Shown here piece by piece: positions 12,996 to 26,087 of a stretch of DNA of 64,000 nucleotides; position 1 is the first letter of the stretch; the number at the start of each line of letters is the position of its first letter. Source of the stretch: the human T2T-CHM13v2.0 reference genome, Homo sapiens; assembly GCF_009914755.1 (NCBI RefSeq), contig NC_060929.1. One strand, written 5' to 3'. Below the pieces are notes generated by a model. It was given only the letters and a program-made list of their open reading frames with translations. It ran no database searches and was not told the origin of the DNA. A program made the translations under genes and the position numbers.

Positions 12996-15450
12996 TTGTT
13001 GCCTGTATACCTTGTTTTTTATTTTGTTTTGTTTCGTTTGAATTGTATTTTATTTTATAGGTCCTGTGAAATTTATGCTTTAAAGAGATTCTGTATTGAT
13101 ATGTTTCCAGGATTTGTTTCAAGATTTAAAGCTCCTTTTAGTAGTTCTTGTAGTGGAGGCTTGGTAGTGGCGAATTCTCTCAGCATTTGTTTGTCTGAAA
13201 ATGACTGTATCTTTCCTTCATTTATGAAGCTTAGTTTTGCTGAATACAAAATTCTTGGCTGATAATTGTTTTGTTTAAGGGCTGAAGATAGGACCCCAAG
13301 CCCTTCTAGCTCATAGGGTTTCTGCTGAGAAATCTGCTGTTAATCTGATAGGTTTTCCTTTATAGGCTACCTGGTGCTTTTGCCTCACAGCTCTTAAGAT
13401 TCTTTCCTTCGTCTTAACTTTAGATAACCTGATGACAACGTGCCTAGGCGATGATCTTTTTGCAGTGAATTTTCCAGGTGTTCTTTGAGCTTCTTGTATT
13501 TGGATGTCTAGGTCTCTAGCAAGGCTGGGGAAGTTTTCCTCGATTATTCCCCCAAATATATTTTCTAAACTTTTAGATTTCTCTTCTTCCTCAGCAATGC
13601 CAATTATTCTTAGGTTTGGTCGTTTAACATAATCCCAGACTTCTTGGAGGCTTTGTTCATATTTTCTTATTCCTTTTTCTTTATCTTTATTGGATTGAGT
13701 TAATTCGAAAACCTTGTCTTCAAGCTCTGAAATTCTTTATTCTGATTGCTCAGTTCCATTGCTGAGACTTTCTAGAGCATTTTGCATTTCTATAAATGTG
13801 TTCATTGTTTCCTGAAGTTTTTATTGTTTTTTATTTATGCTATTTCATTGAAAATTTCTCCCCTCATTTCTTGTATCAATTTTTGACTTCCTTAAATTGG
13901 GCTTCACCTTTCTCTGGTGCCTCTCTGATTAGCTTATTAACTAACCTGAATTCTTTTTCAGATAAATCAGGGATTTCTTCTTGATTTGGATCCATTGCTG
14001 GTGAGCTAGTGTGATTTTGCGGGGGTGTTAAAGAACTTTATTACCAGAGTTGGTTTTCTGGTTCCTTCTCATTTGGGTAGGCTTTGTCAGAGGGAAGGTC
14101 TAGGGCTGAAGGCTGTTGTTCAGATTCTTTTGTCCCACAGGGTGTTCCCTTGATGTAGTACTCTCCCTCTTTTCCTAGGGATGTGGCTTCCTGAGAGCCA
14201 AGCTGTAGTAATTGTTATCTGTCTTCTGGTTCTAGCCACCCAGCAAGTCTACCAAGCTCTGGGCTAGTGAGGGTTGTCTGCACAGAGTCCTGTGATGTGA
14301 ACTGTCTGTGGGTCTCTCAGCTGGGGATACCAGCACCTGCTCTGGTGGAAGTGGCAGGGGAGTGAAATGGATTCTGTGCTTTGGTTGTTTAATGCATTAT
14401 TTTTGTGCTGGTTGGCCTCCTGCCAGGAGGCAGCGCTTTCAAGAGAGCATCAGCTGTGGTAGTATGGGGCAGTGGGCAGGGCCCTAGAACTCCCACGAGT
14501 ATATGCCCCTTTTCTTCAGCTACCAGGGTGGGTAGGGAAGGACCATCAGGTGGGGGCAGGGTTAGTCATGTCTGAGCTCAGACTCTCCTTGGGCAGGTCT
14601 TGCTGCAGCTGCTCCTGGGGATAGGGGTGTGATTCCTAGGTCAATGGAGCTGTGTTCCTAGGAGGATTATGACTGCCTCTACTGTGTCATGCGGGTTGTC
14701 AGGGAAGTGAAGGAAAGCCAGCAGTCACAGCCCTCACCCAGCTCCCACGGAACACAAAGGGCCGGTCTCACTCCCACCATGCCCCACCTAACAGTAGCAA
14801 GTCTATTTCCAGGCAGTGGGTGAGCAGGGCTGAGAACTTGCCCCAGGCAACCTGCCTCCCAGCTGTGAAAGTAAATAGGGCTTTCGTGCTTCCCCTACCT
14901 GTGAAGTCTGCACACTGGATTCATGCCCTCCCCCGAGTTCTGGCCAGGAGACTTCTCTGTCGGTTCAAATTGTTACAAACTTCAGCTGGAGGTTTTCTTC
15001 TGCAGTGGCCTTTTCCAGTGCCTCTGGCAGCTTTCCTCAAGGATCCCTGTGAGGCAAGGCAGAATGGCTTGCTAGGGGGACCCAGCGAGCCCACAGGGCT
15101 TTACCCCTGTATTTTGCTTGGCTCTCTAGATTGATTCAGCTCCAAGTAAGGTCAGAATATTCTCCCATGATCTAGACCTTCAGGTTCCCCAGTGAGAGTG
15201 TGTGTTCAGGGACGGATGATCCCTCTTTCCCACTTCCACACTTTGGGCACTCACAGTATTTGGGGTGTCCCCTGGGTCCTGCAGGAGCAATCTGCTTCCT
15301 TCAGAGCGCTGTGGGTTCTCTTGGCTTTCCTGATTTATTCCTGCAATCGTTCTGGAGCAAAAGTTCATGATGCGAACCTCCATACACTGCTCTGTCTGTC
15401 CAAGTGGGAGCTGCAGTCTAGTCCTGCTTCCCGTCTGCCGTGATCCTCCC

Positions 15451-15577
15451 AGACCTCTTCTATTATTGGTGAAAAAACTGAGGCTCAGAGAGGCCAGGGA
15501 ACTTGCCCAAAGTCACAGAGCCAATCAGCAGAGAGCCAAGTCTATTCTCCAGACTTCTTGACACAAAATTCAAGGTC
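15451..15577 (-). mobile_element. MIR (other half at ~8920-8977, split by the L1PB)
   Basis: gaaaaaactgaggctcagagaggccagggaacttgcccaaagtcacag is the MIR core. Confidence 0.75.
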
Positions 15578-15962
15578 TGCATGACAGACGTTAACATAAT
15601 ATCAGTTTGCTGGAGGAACAGAAATAGATTCAGTTCTTCTAGCAAAAACCAAGGATTCAAATACATGAACCACAGAGAATATAGTTCTATTATTTTCAAC
15701 CATTTTCATTTTTTCTTTCTAGGAAAGTAATACACATTCATTGTAGGAAATTGGAATTAATAAAACATAAAGAAGACAAAAATCAACTGTAATTAAAGAG
15801 ATAAGTGCTATAAACAGTGTGTGTGCATGTATGTATAGATACATGGGTATAGGGAGAATAGATAGAATTTACATATTTTATATACATATATACATACATA
15901 TGTAGAATATATTTAAAAATAATTTAATATATGGATTATATAATGCACAGAATTTATATCCT

Positions 15963-16260
15963 GTTTTTTCCTTAATATTTTTGTATGCATGTATGGGGTA
16001 CAAAGGTAATTTAGTTACATGTATAGATTGCATAGTGGTGGAGTCAGAGTTTTTAGTGTATCCCTTGCTAGAACAACGCACATTATACCCGTTAAGTAAT
16101 TTATCATCATCCACCCACCTTCTGTCCCCCACCACCTTCCTAGTCTCCAGTGTCTATCATTCCACAGTCTGCATCCATGTGTACATGTTATTTAGCTCCC
16201 ACTTATAACTGAGAACATGTGGCATTTGTCTTCATGCGTCTGAGTTGTTTTGCTTAACAT
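15963..16260 (-). mobile_element. L1MA (L1MA3/4-like) 3' end
   Basis: ggggtacaaaggtaatttagttacatgtatagattgcatagtgg...tttagctcccacttataactgagaacatg. Confidence 0.75.
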
Positions 16261-17619
16261 TTCTTTAGTGATCAAAATATCCATTTAATTATTTATTAGT
16301 ATTTCATAAGAATCTATTTTTTAAATTTCCTTACTGTTTCACATTTGTTTCCAATGTTTTGCTCTTGTGAATAAGGTAGGAGGGTAAGATTTGAAGTTTC
16401 AATGACATATAGGAAAGGTGAATTATTAAGCAGGCCAGGGTGGAGTACCTAAGAAGGATCTCTGGGAAGTCAGGGAACTAAAGGGCTGGATCCTGTGGAG
16501 CTTATAAAATGGGGAGGGGAAATATTCTTGGGGGGTGTGAAAGTCCCCAAGAAAAACACCATTCACAAATTTTCCCAGGCATGGTTCAGTGTATGAACAT
16601 GACAATTCCAGAAAGAACACAGAAGGTCATCCAAGGCCCACATATCTACTCTTCTCCCTGTGTCTCATGACTCTCAGAGAGAAACTGCTTTTCAAGAAGA
16701 CTTTAGTCAAATATAATAAATCTGTACAAAGATTCATACATCTTAGGAAAACTCAATAAAGACAGATCTTCGGAAGAATTCTTGAAAGAAAATATATCTT
16801 GTTTCTAAATATTATTAATCAGTGCCTACTGTTTCATCGGAACAAAGCCTTTTTTCTAGTTAAATGCAAAAGAATTATCTCGGATAATGATGGATGACCT
16901 ATTTACATCATATGAAAATGAGAGTAGATTGTCTCTAACCTAAAAGGCTATGTTTAGGCTGCTCAGCTAAAATGTTCCCTAGTTATAAAATATTTATAGA
17001 GTAATTTTCCTATGTTTTGCCCTTTCAACAAGTTTGCAATTGTAAGGGTAGTGTTTGAGTGGAAATTATATTTGTATTTAACTAGTTCAACTATTTCCCC
17101 AAGTAAATAGCAATCTTTTCTCAGTGGGCCCTTATTCAACATAATTTTTATTTTTTCTTCCATCTAAATTTTAGAAAGGATTTCAACAATTGTCTTAAGT
17201 GATAAATCTTCTTTTTAAATTATCACTTGGACCTTGAAATGGCCACTTCAATTATCATATTTGCCTTTTAAACCCTTTCCTTGTTTACAACATTTCTGAA
17301 AGATGTCTCATTTTAGATTTTGGATTTAAAAGATTTGTTTAACAAGAGAATTCACAAAGATTCAGTGATTCAGAGCTCCAGTGAAATAAGATAATGCTTC
17401 TTTTCTGAAAATGCAGGCATTCCAATGTCAAACCTGGGTTTAAGTGGAGGGACCGAATTTCCTGGGCAGTTGGTATTGACACTGGTCCTATACCTCTGAT
17501 TGCAGAAGGTTCCATTTTGGAAATTTACCAGTGAAGATGCCATTGACCTCTAAAAGAATTTCAAGGACATTCTTTTCTAAGATTTTCACTGGTATTATTC
17601 TAGAAACAAACCTTCTGAG

Positions 17620-17856
17620 GCAGTATTTCTGAAACTGTGTTCTGTAGGTCACTATATCCCTGAGATGATAATAATTGTTTCCCAATTTATAATAAAATAA
17701 GGTTTTTGAAAATAGCTAAACAAATTTAAGTAGTTTGATATGCTAAAGTACATACTGTAAAGAGAGCTAAGGGAAGTGTTTTCCAAATTTATTTGACCAT
17801 GAAGTCTTCCATCAAGGAAAAAGTATTATATCCCAATGAATAATTTGAAGCCACTG
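17620..17856. mobile_element. Probable hAT-Charlie MITE (family uncertain)
   Basis: cagtatttctgaaactgtgttc start, ttccaaatttatttgaccatg internal motif, ...ccactg end; similar element at ~62330-62495. Confidence 0.4.
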
Positions 17857-18688
17857 AAGCAGCTTCAAAGGCTTCAAAGGTAAATTACCCATTCTTCTAT
17901 GTCCCACTCCACCCCACTAGGAGCTCTTCAGCTCTGTATCCATCATATATTCACATCAGCAGAGGCTCACCCACGTGCTGGACAGCCTTTTCTAGAGTGA
18001 AAGAGTGTTACTGTTCTGTTTTCTAATTTCCACAAAGGACAGGTAACTGCTCCTACAGGTTAATATGACTCTTCTTTGTTCCGTGGCACTATTTTATCTT
18101 ATATATTTTCCCCAGCTGTTTTTTATCACATGCACACATATTTTTAGTTGAAATCAGTGGATTTTTTTTTGTATAATTTGATCCCCTCTTCCATATTTTC
18201 AAATAGTAATGGCTTCTCCCAACAAGAACTGTGGCATACACTTTGTTTTCCATCAGGAGAAAGAGTAAAATTGAATGAATAGCCAGCTTCTTGCTGTGGC
18301 AGAGGTGGGGGAAAGAAGAAACCTACTCCATAACCAGGCATCTACTCCCACCCTCCTCCACCTCATAGTCCTAAATCTTTTCTCTGTCCCCTGAATTCAG
18401 AACGCAGGTCTGTTGATCACTGATGCCTTACCTAGCCTGGAGGAAGATTGGAAGTATGATCTGGAACCTCAATGGTAATGACTCTGTCCCTCTTTCCCTG
18501 GATCAAGGGCACCTGGAACCCAAATTAAAATGCAGAGAAAAGTAAATCTCCTATATAAACTATGTTTTTTAAATTTTCTTCCACTGATTCTTCTTTGACC
18601 TGTGTTGGTCAGTAATATGGCATCCAAGAGAGCACCACTTCCTGCAAGGTCGCTAAGCACCAGGCCCAAATCCAACTCCACAGGGTTC

Positions 18689-18775
18689 TAGGGTGGCCAA
18701 CTACTGAAAAGTTTCCCAAGACTTTTAGTGCTAAAACTGGGAAAGTCCTGTACAAACTTGGATTGGTCTGCCTGT
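18689..18775. mobile_element. MER81/MER94-like hAT-Blackjack MITE
   Basis: tagggtggccaac...ttagtgctaaaactgggaaagtcctgtacaaac. Confidence 0.65.
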
Positions 18776-19917
18776 TCTCAGCCAAATAGCGTTTGGCAGT
18801 AGTCTTTCCAGTAAAAGCACAGAGTCAGAGTAGCAGAACCTCCTTTCCTGTGAATTCCTGCTTGAAAGCACTTGCCTCAAGCTGTCCTAGTAACCAGCTG
18901 GAGCCTAAGACTCAGTGACATGGTGAGGAGTCTGGCTCTTCCCCTTCCTGACTCCTCCCCTTCAGTACCTCCAAGCTCCCTGCTAAAGCTTCCTCTTTCC
19001 ACCTCTAGGCCCCTCCAAGTCTTGGTCACAAACGTCCCACTTGGGTTTACTATTTCCTTCATTATGCCTTATTAGTATCTCATTATAATGAGGAGAGTCA
19101 CCTAAAGACCTTATCTCCCTGCAGTCGTGACATAAGGCAGCACAGTCAGATGCTCCCTAGGGTGAGCTGATACATCCATCTTCTTACAGTAACTCCTGTG
19201 GGTCCTCTTTTCATCTAGTTATTGTTTGTGACCAATGTGGCCAATAGGTCCTCCTGGTCTGATACAGTTCCTTCCAGAAACATCTTGCTGTCTCACAGCT
19301 TCCTGAACCCACCCTTCCACATTTACACAGAGAAATACTTAGCTATGCTCTATGAACAGATGTTTACTGTGTAGAGAAAACACAATGCACATCTATATCA
19401 ACTTCTCTCTATCCGTTTCTTTCTCTCTTGCTGTAGCAAGTCTCTCAGACGAGGGGCAGTAACAGAGACTTGAGTCAAGAGCAAGATTTCAATAGGACAA
19501 GTCACAGCTCTTCAGTAAACAAGAAAAACAATCTTAAAGGTTAATGAAAGTTGCTAGAGGGAAAATGGCTCAGATTCCCAAGACTGCTTCTCCTGTTTGG
19601 AGGTGAAAACATCAAAGGGACAAGAAAGATGAGTTTACATGAAAAGAACTGATATTCTGAACTTCTTCTTTCATGACAACTTGTGGCATGCTCTTTCAGC
19701 CATACAGAATAATATTACAAGCTGGCTAATGTTCAAGTGGTTTATGATTACATTGCTCTACTTGAAATAGTAAGATTTTATCTATGTTCTCAGCTTAATA
19801 ACTCTTCGGTTAGTTGAAATATTTTCATTCCTGAAACTTGAAAAACCTGAGTTATTATGAAAGGTACGGGGAGGAAAAAAAGCTTAAGTTTGTACTTTGG
19901 AGAAATTGTTCCACATC

Positions 19918-20493
19918 TCTGATGGTTAATATTGTCAACTTCATTGGAATGAGGGATGCAAAGTATTGTTCCTGGGTGTGTCTGTGAGGGTGTTGCCAAA
20001 GGAGATTAACATTTGAGTCAGTGGACTAGGAGAGGCAGACCCACCCCCAATCTGGGTGGGCACCATCTAATCAGCTGCCAGTGCAGCTAGAATAAAAGCA
20101 GGCAGAATAACGTGGAAGGATTAGACTGGTTTAGTCTTCTGGCCTACATCTTTCTCCTGTGCTGGATGCTTCCTGCCCTCGAACATCAGACTGTAAGTTC
20201 TTCCGATTTTGGACTCTTGGATCTACACCAGGAATTTGCCAGGGGCTCTTGGGCCTTCTGTCTCAGACTGAAGGATACACTGTCAGTTTCCCTACTTTTG
20301 AGGTTTTGGGACTTGGACTGACCTCCTTGCTCCTCAGCGTGCAGACAGCCTCAGCGTGCAGACAGCCTCAGCGTGCAGACAGCCTATTGTAGGACTTTAC
20401 CTTGTGATCATGTGAGTCAATATTCCTTAACAAACTCCCCTTTATATATACATATATCCTATTAGTCCTGTCCCTCTAGAAAACCCTAATACC
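19918..20493 (+). mobile_element. MLT2A2-like (HERV-L) solo LTR
   Basis: tgatggttaatattgtcaact...gtgtctgtgagggtgttgccaaaggagattaacatttgagtcagtggactaggagaggcagaccc...ctattagtcctgtccctctagaaaaccctaatac. Confidence 0.9.
20332..20385 (+). repeat. Three tandem copies of 17-bp CCTCAGCGTGCAGACAG
   Basis: Exact copies at 20332, 20349 and 20366 plus a trailing CCT. Confidence 0.95.
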
Positions 20494-20627
20494 CTTAAGC
20501 ACCACAGGTTCATTAGCAATTAGAAATAATCTAAAATAATTTTGCTTTTTGCAAACAGAGAAGTTAATTTAAGTTTATCCCAGACTAGATTGATCATGTT
20601 TTATCAATATGTATTTTAAAACTATGA

Positions 20628-20727
20628 TTATATATATATATTCTGTATATATACATGTATATATACACACATGTATATATACGTGTGTGTATGTATATAT
20701 ATATTATATATATAGAGAGAGAGAGAA
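20628..20727. repeat. (TA)/(TG)/(GA) microsatellite
   Basis: Directly visible. Confidence 0.85.
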
Positions 20728-21019
20728 ACATAAATTTGGTGTTGAGATCTAAACATGTTGCCAAGGCAAGGTAAAATTTTTATATTTTTTAATGTTCAAA
20801 TCCCTTTCAAAAAGATATTAAAAACATTAAAAACTATTCTACATCAAGTGATTCAGTATCTATCTCACAAATAAAATACTACTAAGTCAGTGGTCTGTCT
20901 TACAACTTTGATTTGCTTATCCAAAGTTTTTTAAAATAATCATGTCATTTACTTATGTTTATACCTAAGAGCTAAAGAGTATGACCGATATATGTGGTAA
21001 TAATACTCTTTTTTAAAAA

Positions 21020-21240
21020 CATATCAGTTTGGATATTTCTATTGCAAGTAACAGACAATCCTATTCCAGCTGATTTATACAATAAAGGGATTATATATTG
21101 TTTTATAAAACTTGAAAGTCTAAAGTAATAAAGTTTTCAAGAAATGTTTGACTTAGTAGCTCAATAAAGTCACCCAGGATCCTGTATTATTTTCATCTTT
21201 TGCTCTGTCTCTCACATTTTGTGTCATCCTAAAACTGAAG
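21020..21240 (-). mobile_element. Old MLT1 LTR fragment
   Basis: tatcagtttggatatttctattgcaagtaacagacaatcct...aataaagggatt resembles the antisense MLT1J/K/L end. Confidence 0.5.
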
Positions 21241-21304
21241 TCATCCTAAAGCTGACAAAAGTTTGGTTTTGACCAAAATTGGATCAGGTAGACAGTATCT
21301 TTGC

Positions 21305-21540
21305 ACTGTACTGTGTGAGCTTAGGTGAAGGGTGACGAGGATAATGTGAAACTATCTTTCCTACCCTCTTCAATGCAGCTTCTTATTTCTGTGCTGCACT
21401 CAGGTGCTATCATCTCTCACCTGGATCCCTTAGCTCTTGTGGAGGTATTTTCAGGCATGGATAGTTGTTCAAATTAATGTTTTTGCAAGAGGGTGAGAGC
21501 TGGGAAGTCTTATTTTCTCATCTTGCTGACAGCACTCACT
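21305..21540 (-). mobile_element. Old L1M 5' UTR fragment
   Basis: gatagttgttcaaattaatgttttt...gagctgggaagtcttattttctcatcttgctgac resembles L1M2-4 5' ends. Confidence 0.45.
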
Positions 21541-23669
21541 GGCATTTTCCTTTAAAAAGCAATTATCTTCATCTTAGTCATACTCGTATCCAATCTGATG
21601 AGGAAGATCTCCTGAGGGGTTAGAGGCCTAGAGAGGGGCAATATTTTCCCCTTTGGCCCACCCCTCCCACCAACTGTGGTAGCAGCTCCAGGTCCTTCCT
21701 ACTGTGGGTGTGCCACCTGGAGAAATGTTAAAGAACAGAATCTTAGTGGATAATTGATTGACTTCTTACAGCTTTTATTATTTGGTCAGTGCCATTATTG
21801 TATCTATTAAGTGTTATAATGTAAATATCTGTTGGTCTCTTTCTCTCAATTTGGATAAAATGAAAACTTCATTATTGAATAGTTTCATTACTTAAATATA
21901 TAGTTTTGTTATTTATTACTTAAACTAGGCTAGTAAAAAATTATTCAATGGAATTCCTAGGGATTTTGTTGAGATATTTAAAATACATACATACATACAC
22001 ACCAGACAGATATCCATAAATCCATTTTTCTGACTTTCTTGAAAGTGGTTGAAGTTTTTCCTCATGAGTATCTGTAGTATCTTTCTTCAGTTTTGTGTAT
22101 ATCCTTAACATTATTATTGAGACTCTAGAGCTTTTCTTAAAAGGGTTGACAACACTATCAAAAACTTCAACCTAAACTCCATAAACTATCATAGATTCTA
22201 TACAACCAATTTGAATTAAGTTTTTCTTTGTGTTATGAGCATAAAAAATTCATTGATTCAGTGTTACACACCCAATATTAGATTACAAATTTGCATTATT
22301 TTCAGACTTTACATTTGTGAACTGTAGTTGTGAATATTAAAAAGTAATTGGGAAACATAGTTTAGAGGTTTCATCGGAGGTGGTGGAGACATTTGGGTAG
22401 ATAGTGTGCTTTCCCATGCCAGCTACATGCTCGCCCAGATCCCCTACCTCTCTCACAATTCCCATCCCAGATCCCCATCAGATTCACTCACTGCCACATT
22501 TTCCTCCACCTTCTGCATTTTCCAGCCCCACCAGATCTCCCTGACTCTACTGTGCTCCTTTGCTTTGGCTGAAGCCAGAATTATGACTGGACCCTCTCTG
22601 GGACTTAGTAATAGCAAATGAAGAGCGTACATGAACATAGGCATTGTTGCATTTAACAAAAATTGAGATGTAAGGCAGGGTCTCCCTGATAACATACAGG
22701 GAGAACAGTGTTTAATGAAAGTCTAAATGTTGGGAGGCTAGGGGAAATGAGACTATCTGCTTTGCCCCTTTCATGGTCTAAATTTCACTGTTTCTAACCA
22801 AGGGGAATTTCGGGCAGACATACTATGAAATCATTCCTTGAAGTATAACTTATTGGTTATCATGATTAAAGTAAACAACAGAACAAAAAGCACAATTAAG
22901 TTTAGCCCCAAACCACCTTAAGCAAAATGGTAACAAGTAGTTGGAGATTGGCTTGCATCAGAAACAATGATGTCTTATTAACTTGTACCAATTGTTCCGC
23001 CTGACCTATATTTGATATAGTAATGAAAGAGAGAGAGAAAAAGAAATTGAGAGAGAATTGTACTCTGTCTCCATGATACCACATCAAGAACTGCCTCTTT
23101 CTACATGTTTTGCTACCACCTGCAAGATGTTTGTGGAAGAACAGAGAGCCGAGCCACTTCTGTAGCAGAATGAGGGTGTAATGCCCACAGCTGCTGACAT
23201 TTCCTTGAGTGGCGCCTGGTCACCTGCAGAGCCACTTTTGCTACACCCTCCCTTCCTAGTCCTTAAGTGGCTCCACAGAATAAATCATCTGAAACTCACG
23301 TTACCACCAGTGGAGGAGGGATGAGGACTGTAGTGACAATAAACGCGTAGGTATATCCTTGACATTATTATCAAGACTCTGGAGCTCTTTTGAAAGGATT
23401 TCACAGCAAATTCCAAAACCCAGAGTGTAAATGAATAGAAATGCTTTTGTCTTATAACCTTCATTTGTGTATAATTTACCTACAATAAACTGTATCTATT
23501 TTAAGCACATAGTTGGGCCGGGTTTGATAAATCCTCTATGCTCATGTATCCACCACTAGTTCAAGCTCTAGAACATCTCCATCAGCCCGAAAGGTCCTCT
23601 TATGCCCTTCCCTGTCAATGCCCACAGGATGATCTTTTAAGTCACATAACATTTATTTCTGCATTTTTA

Positions 23670-24119
<450 letters not shown>

Positions 24120-25432
24120 TAATGAGAATCCGTTGCTACAGAGCTTCCAAACCTGGCTAACATCTGAAGTGCAGTATCCGCCCAAAAATCTGAGTCGAAT
24201 AGGGGTGTTTTAACCTACTTGACATGTTCTGAAGTTAGAAAGGTCTCCTACCAAGGCTACATGGGTAAGAGGGCTAGAAGATAAAGGAAGTAAAAATAGT
24301 AAGAAAAAAAAGACTCTACTGAAAAAAAATCACATTCAACCATTTATGTGAAATTATATGCTTATATATGGAAATTGAATGTAACATTTAAAACATAAAA
24401 ATAATTACAGCAACCTCCCAATTCTTACAAAAATTTTAGAGCTCTCCTGCTGAATAGCCTTCAAAACATTGCTCATTTTATGTCACATCAAATAATTTTC
24501 TCTTCCATCTTAAAAAATAAAAACAAACTAAAATCTAAAATGTATTATTGACTGATGAAAAGCAAGGCTGAGATTTGGAGGGAAAAGTGCTTTCTCAGTC
24601 TGAAGCTGATCATTCTCCTCTGAAAGTGCTTTCCTGCATGCTTCACAGATCAATCATAGACCAGACAAAACTTCCCCTGCGCTGCTTTCTAACAGATGCA
24701 GAGAGCTGGGCAAGTCAGTAATCAAATCGGAATTCCTGATTCTAAACATCTATCTCTATCGGCTAGAATCTGTGAAAGCATTCTGGAATTAGCAGAAATC
24801 TTCAGGCTGTTTACTTCAAGGCAGGCTGCAGTTAGAAAGTTCTTGTGATTTCTATCATGACTTAGCAAAACGTAAAAACTGGAGTACACCATTAGAAAAT
24901 GAAAAGATGACTGAAGTTTTACACAAAAAGTGACAATGGTAAGGAAACTTGAATAAAAAAGTATAATTGTACAACAAAGGAAGAGTTGTCTTTTAGTCAC
25001 TTTTTAAAATATAAAAAAAGTAATAAAAATACAATAAACTGTATATGACATTTTTTATCCCGAGTTTTCACTTAGCATTGTAATGTATACATTTTCCATA
25101 TTATAAGTAATTATTAATAAATACTTTTTCATGGTTGTCATATTATAACTAAGTCCTACAAAAGTAATACTGTTCAGATTTCCTAAAATTATGCAAGTTC
25201 CACTTTTTGGTAATTTTAACACTGTGATGAACACATTGATATATGTCTTCTTCTCTACTTTGGGTTATTTCCCTAGGACATATTTTCAGACCTGTAATCA
25301 CTGCATTTGGGTATGAAAATTTGTTTCTTGTTGCATAGTTTTAATTTGCTTTGCAAAAATATAATAATCTCTTTTAGAGCAATTTGGCAGTATCTATCAA
25401 TATCCTCACAAATATTTCTACCCTTAGGTCTA

Positions 25433-25734
25433 TGTATTAGTCCATTCTCATGCTGCTATGAAGACTGGTGATTTATAAAGAAAAGAGGTTTAATTGACTC
25501 ACAGTTCCACAAGGCTGAGGAGGCCTCAGGAAACTTACAATCATGGCAGAAGGCACCTCTTGACAGGATGGCAGGAGGGAGAGTGAGAGCCGAGCAAAGG
25601 GGGAAAAGCTCCTTATAAAACCATCATCCCCATGATTCAGTTACCTCCCACTGGGTTCTCCCCACAACACGTGGGGATTATGGGAACTACAATTCAAGAT
25701 GAGATTTGGGTGGGGACACAGCCAAACCATATCA
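25433..25734 (-). mobile_element. THE1C/THE1D (MaLR) solo LTR with internal deletions
   Basis: tgtattagtccattctcatgctgct...gatttgggtggggacacagccaaaccatatca; 5-bp TSD gtcta/gtcca. Confidence 0.9.
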
Positions 25735-26015
25735 GTCCACTATTTACTTAGAAAACAATAAGAAATATATGAAAAGATTTTGTTTACAATATTATTGGAG
25801 TACTATATCCACAAAAAAGACCACAATTCAAAGGCCCTGAAATAAAAAAAGCAGATAAACAAAATTATATTTTCCATAGAATGTACTTTATACAGCCAAT
25901 AAAATCAGATTTTCAAAAATATGTAATAACAAGTGAGAAGTTAAAATATAGCCTATAATTAAGGTTAAGTGAAAAAGGTCAAGATATAAAATTATATATA
26001 ATGTGATCTCAATTA

Positions 26016-26087
26016 TATGTGTGTGTGTATATATGTATATATACACATATATATATACATATGTATATACATACACATACATACACA
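26016..26087. repeat. (TG)/(TA)/(TACA) microsatellite
   Basis: Directly visible. Confidence 0.85.

Larger units (their letters stand above)
8978..15447 (-). mobile_element. Essentially full-length, inactivated L1PB (L1PB1 3' end / L1PBa-type 5' end)
   Basis: L1PB1-type 3' UTR at ~8990; ORF2 fragments including RT motif FADDM (10817-11398) and endonuclease start near 12990; ORF1 region ~13040-14000; 5' UTR ending ggatcacggcagacgggaagcaggactag on the minus strand; degenerate TSD cc(a/g)acctctt-like at ~8968-8978 and ~15449-15459. Confidence 0.93.

Noticed and set aside
20332-20385. Direct repeats as a CRISPR-like array (also 52269-52335, 28950-29075)
   Set aside because: Head-to-tail repeats with no unique spacers, no cas genes, eukaryotic context.
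21900-22620. Possible hAT-Tip100/Zaphod transposase remnant
   Set aside because: Only a vague resemblance; no TIR or ORF motif could be confirmed.
23140-23350. Slightly GC/CpG-richer unique patch with CTCF-like strings
   Set aside because: Mismatches at key CTCF core positions; too short for a CpG island.
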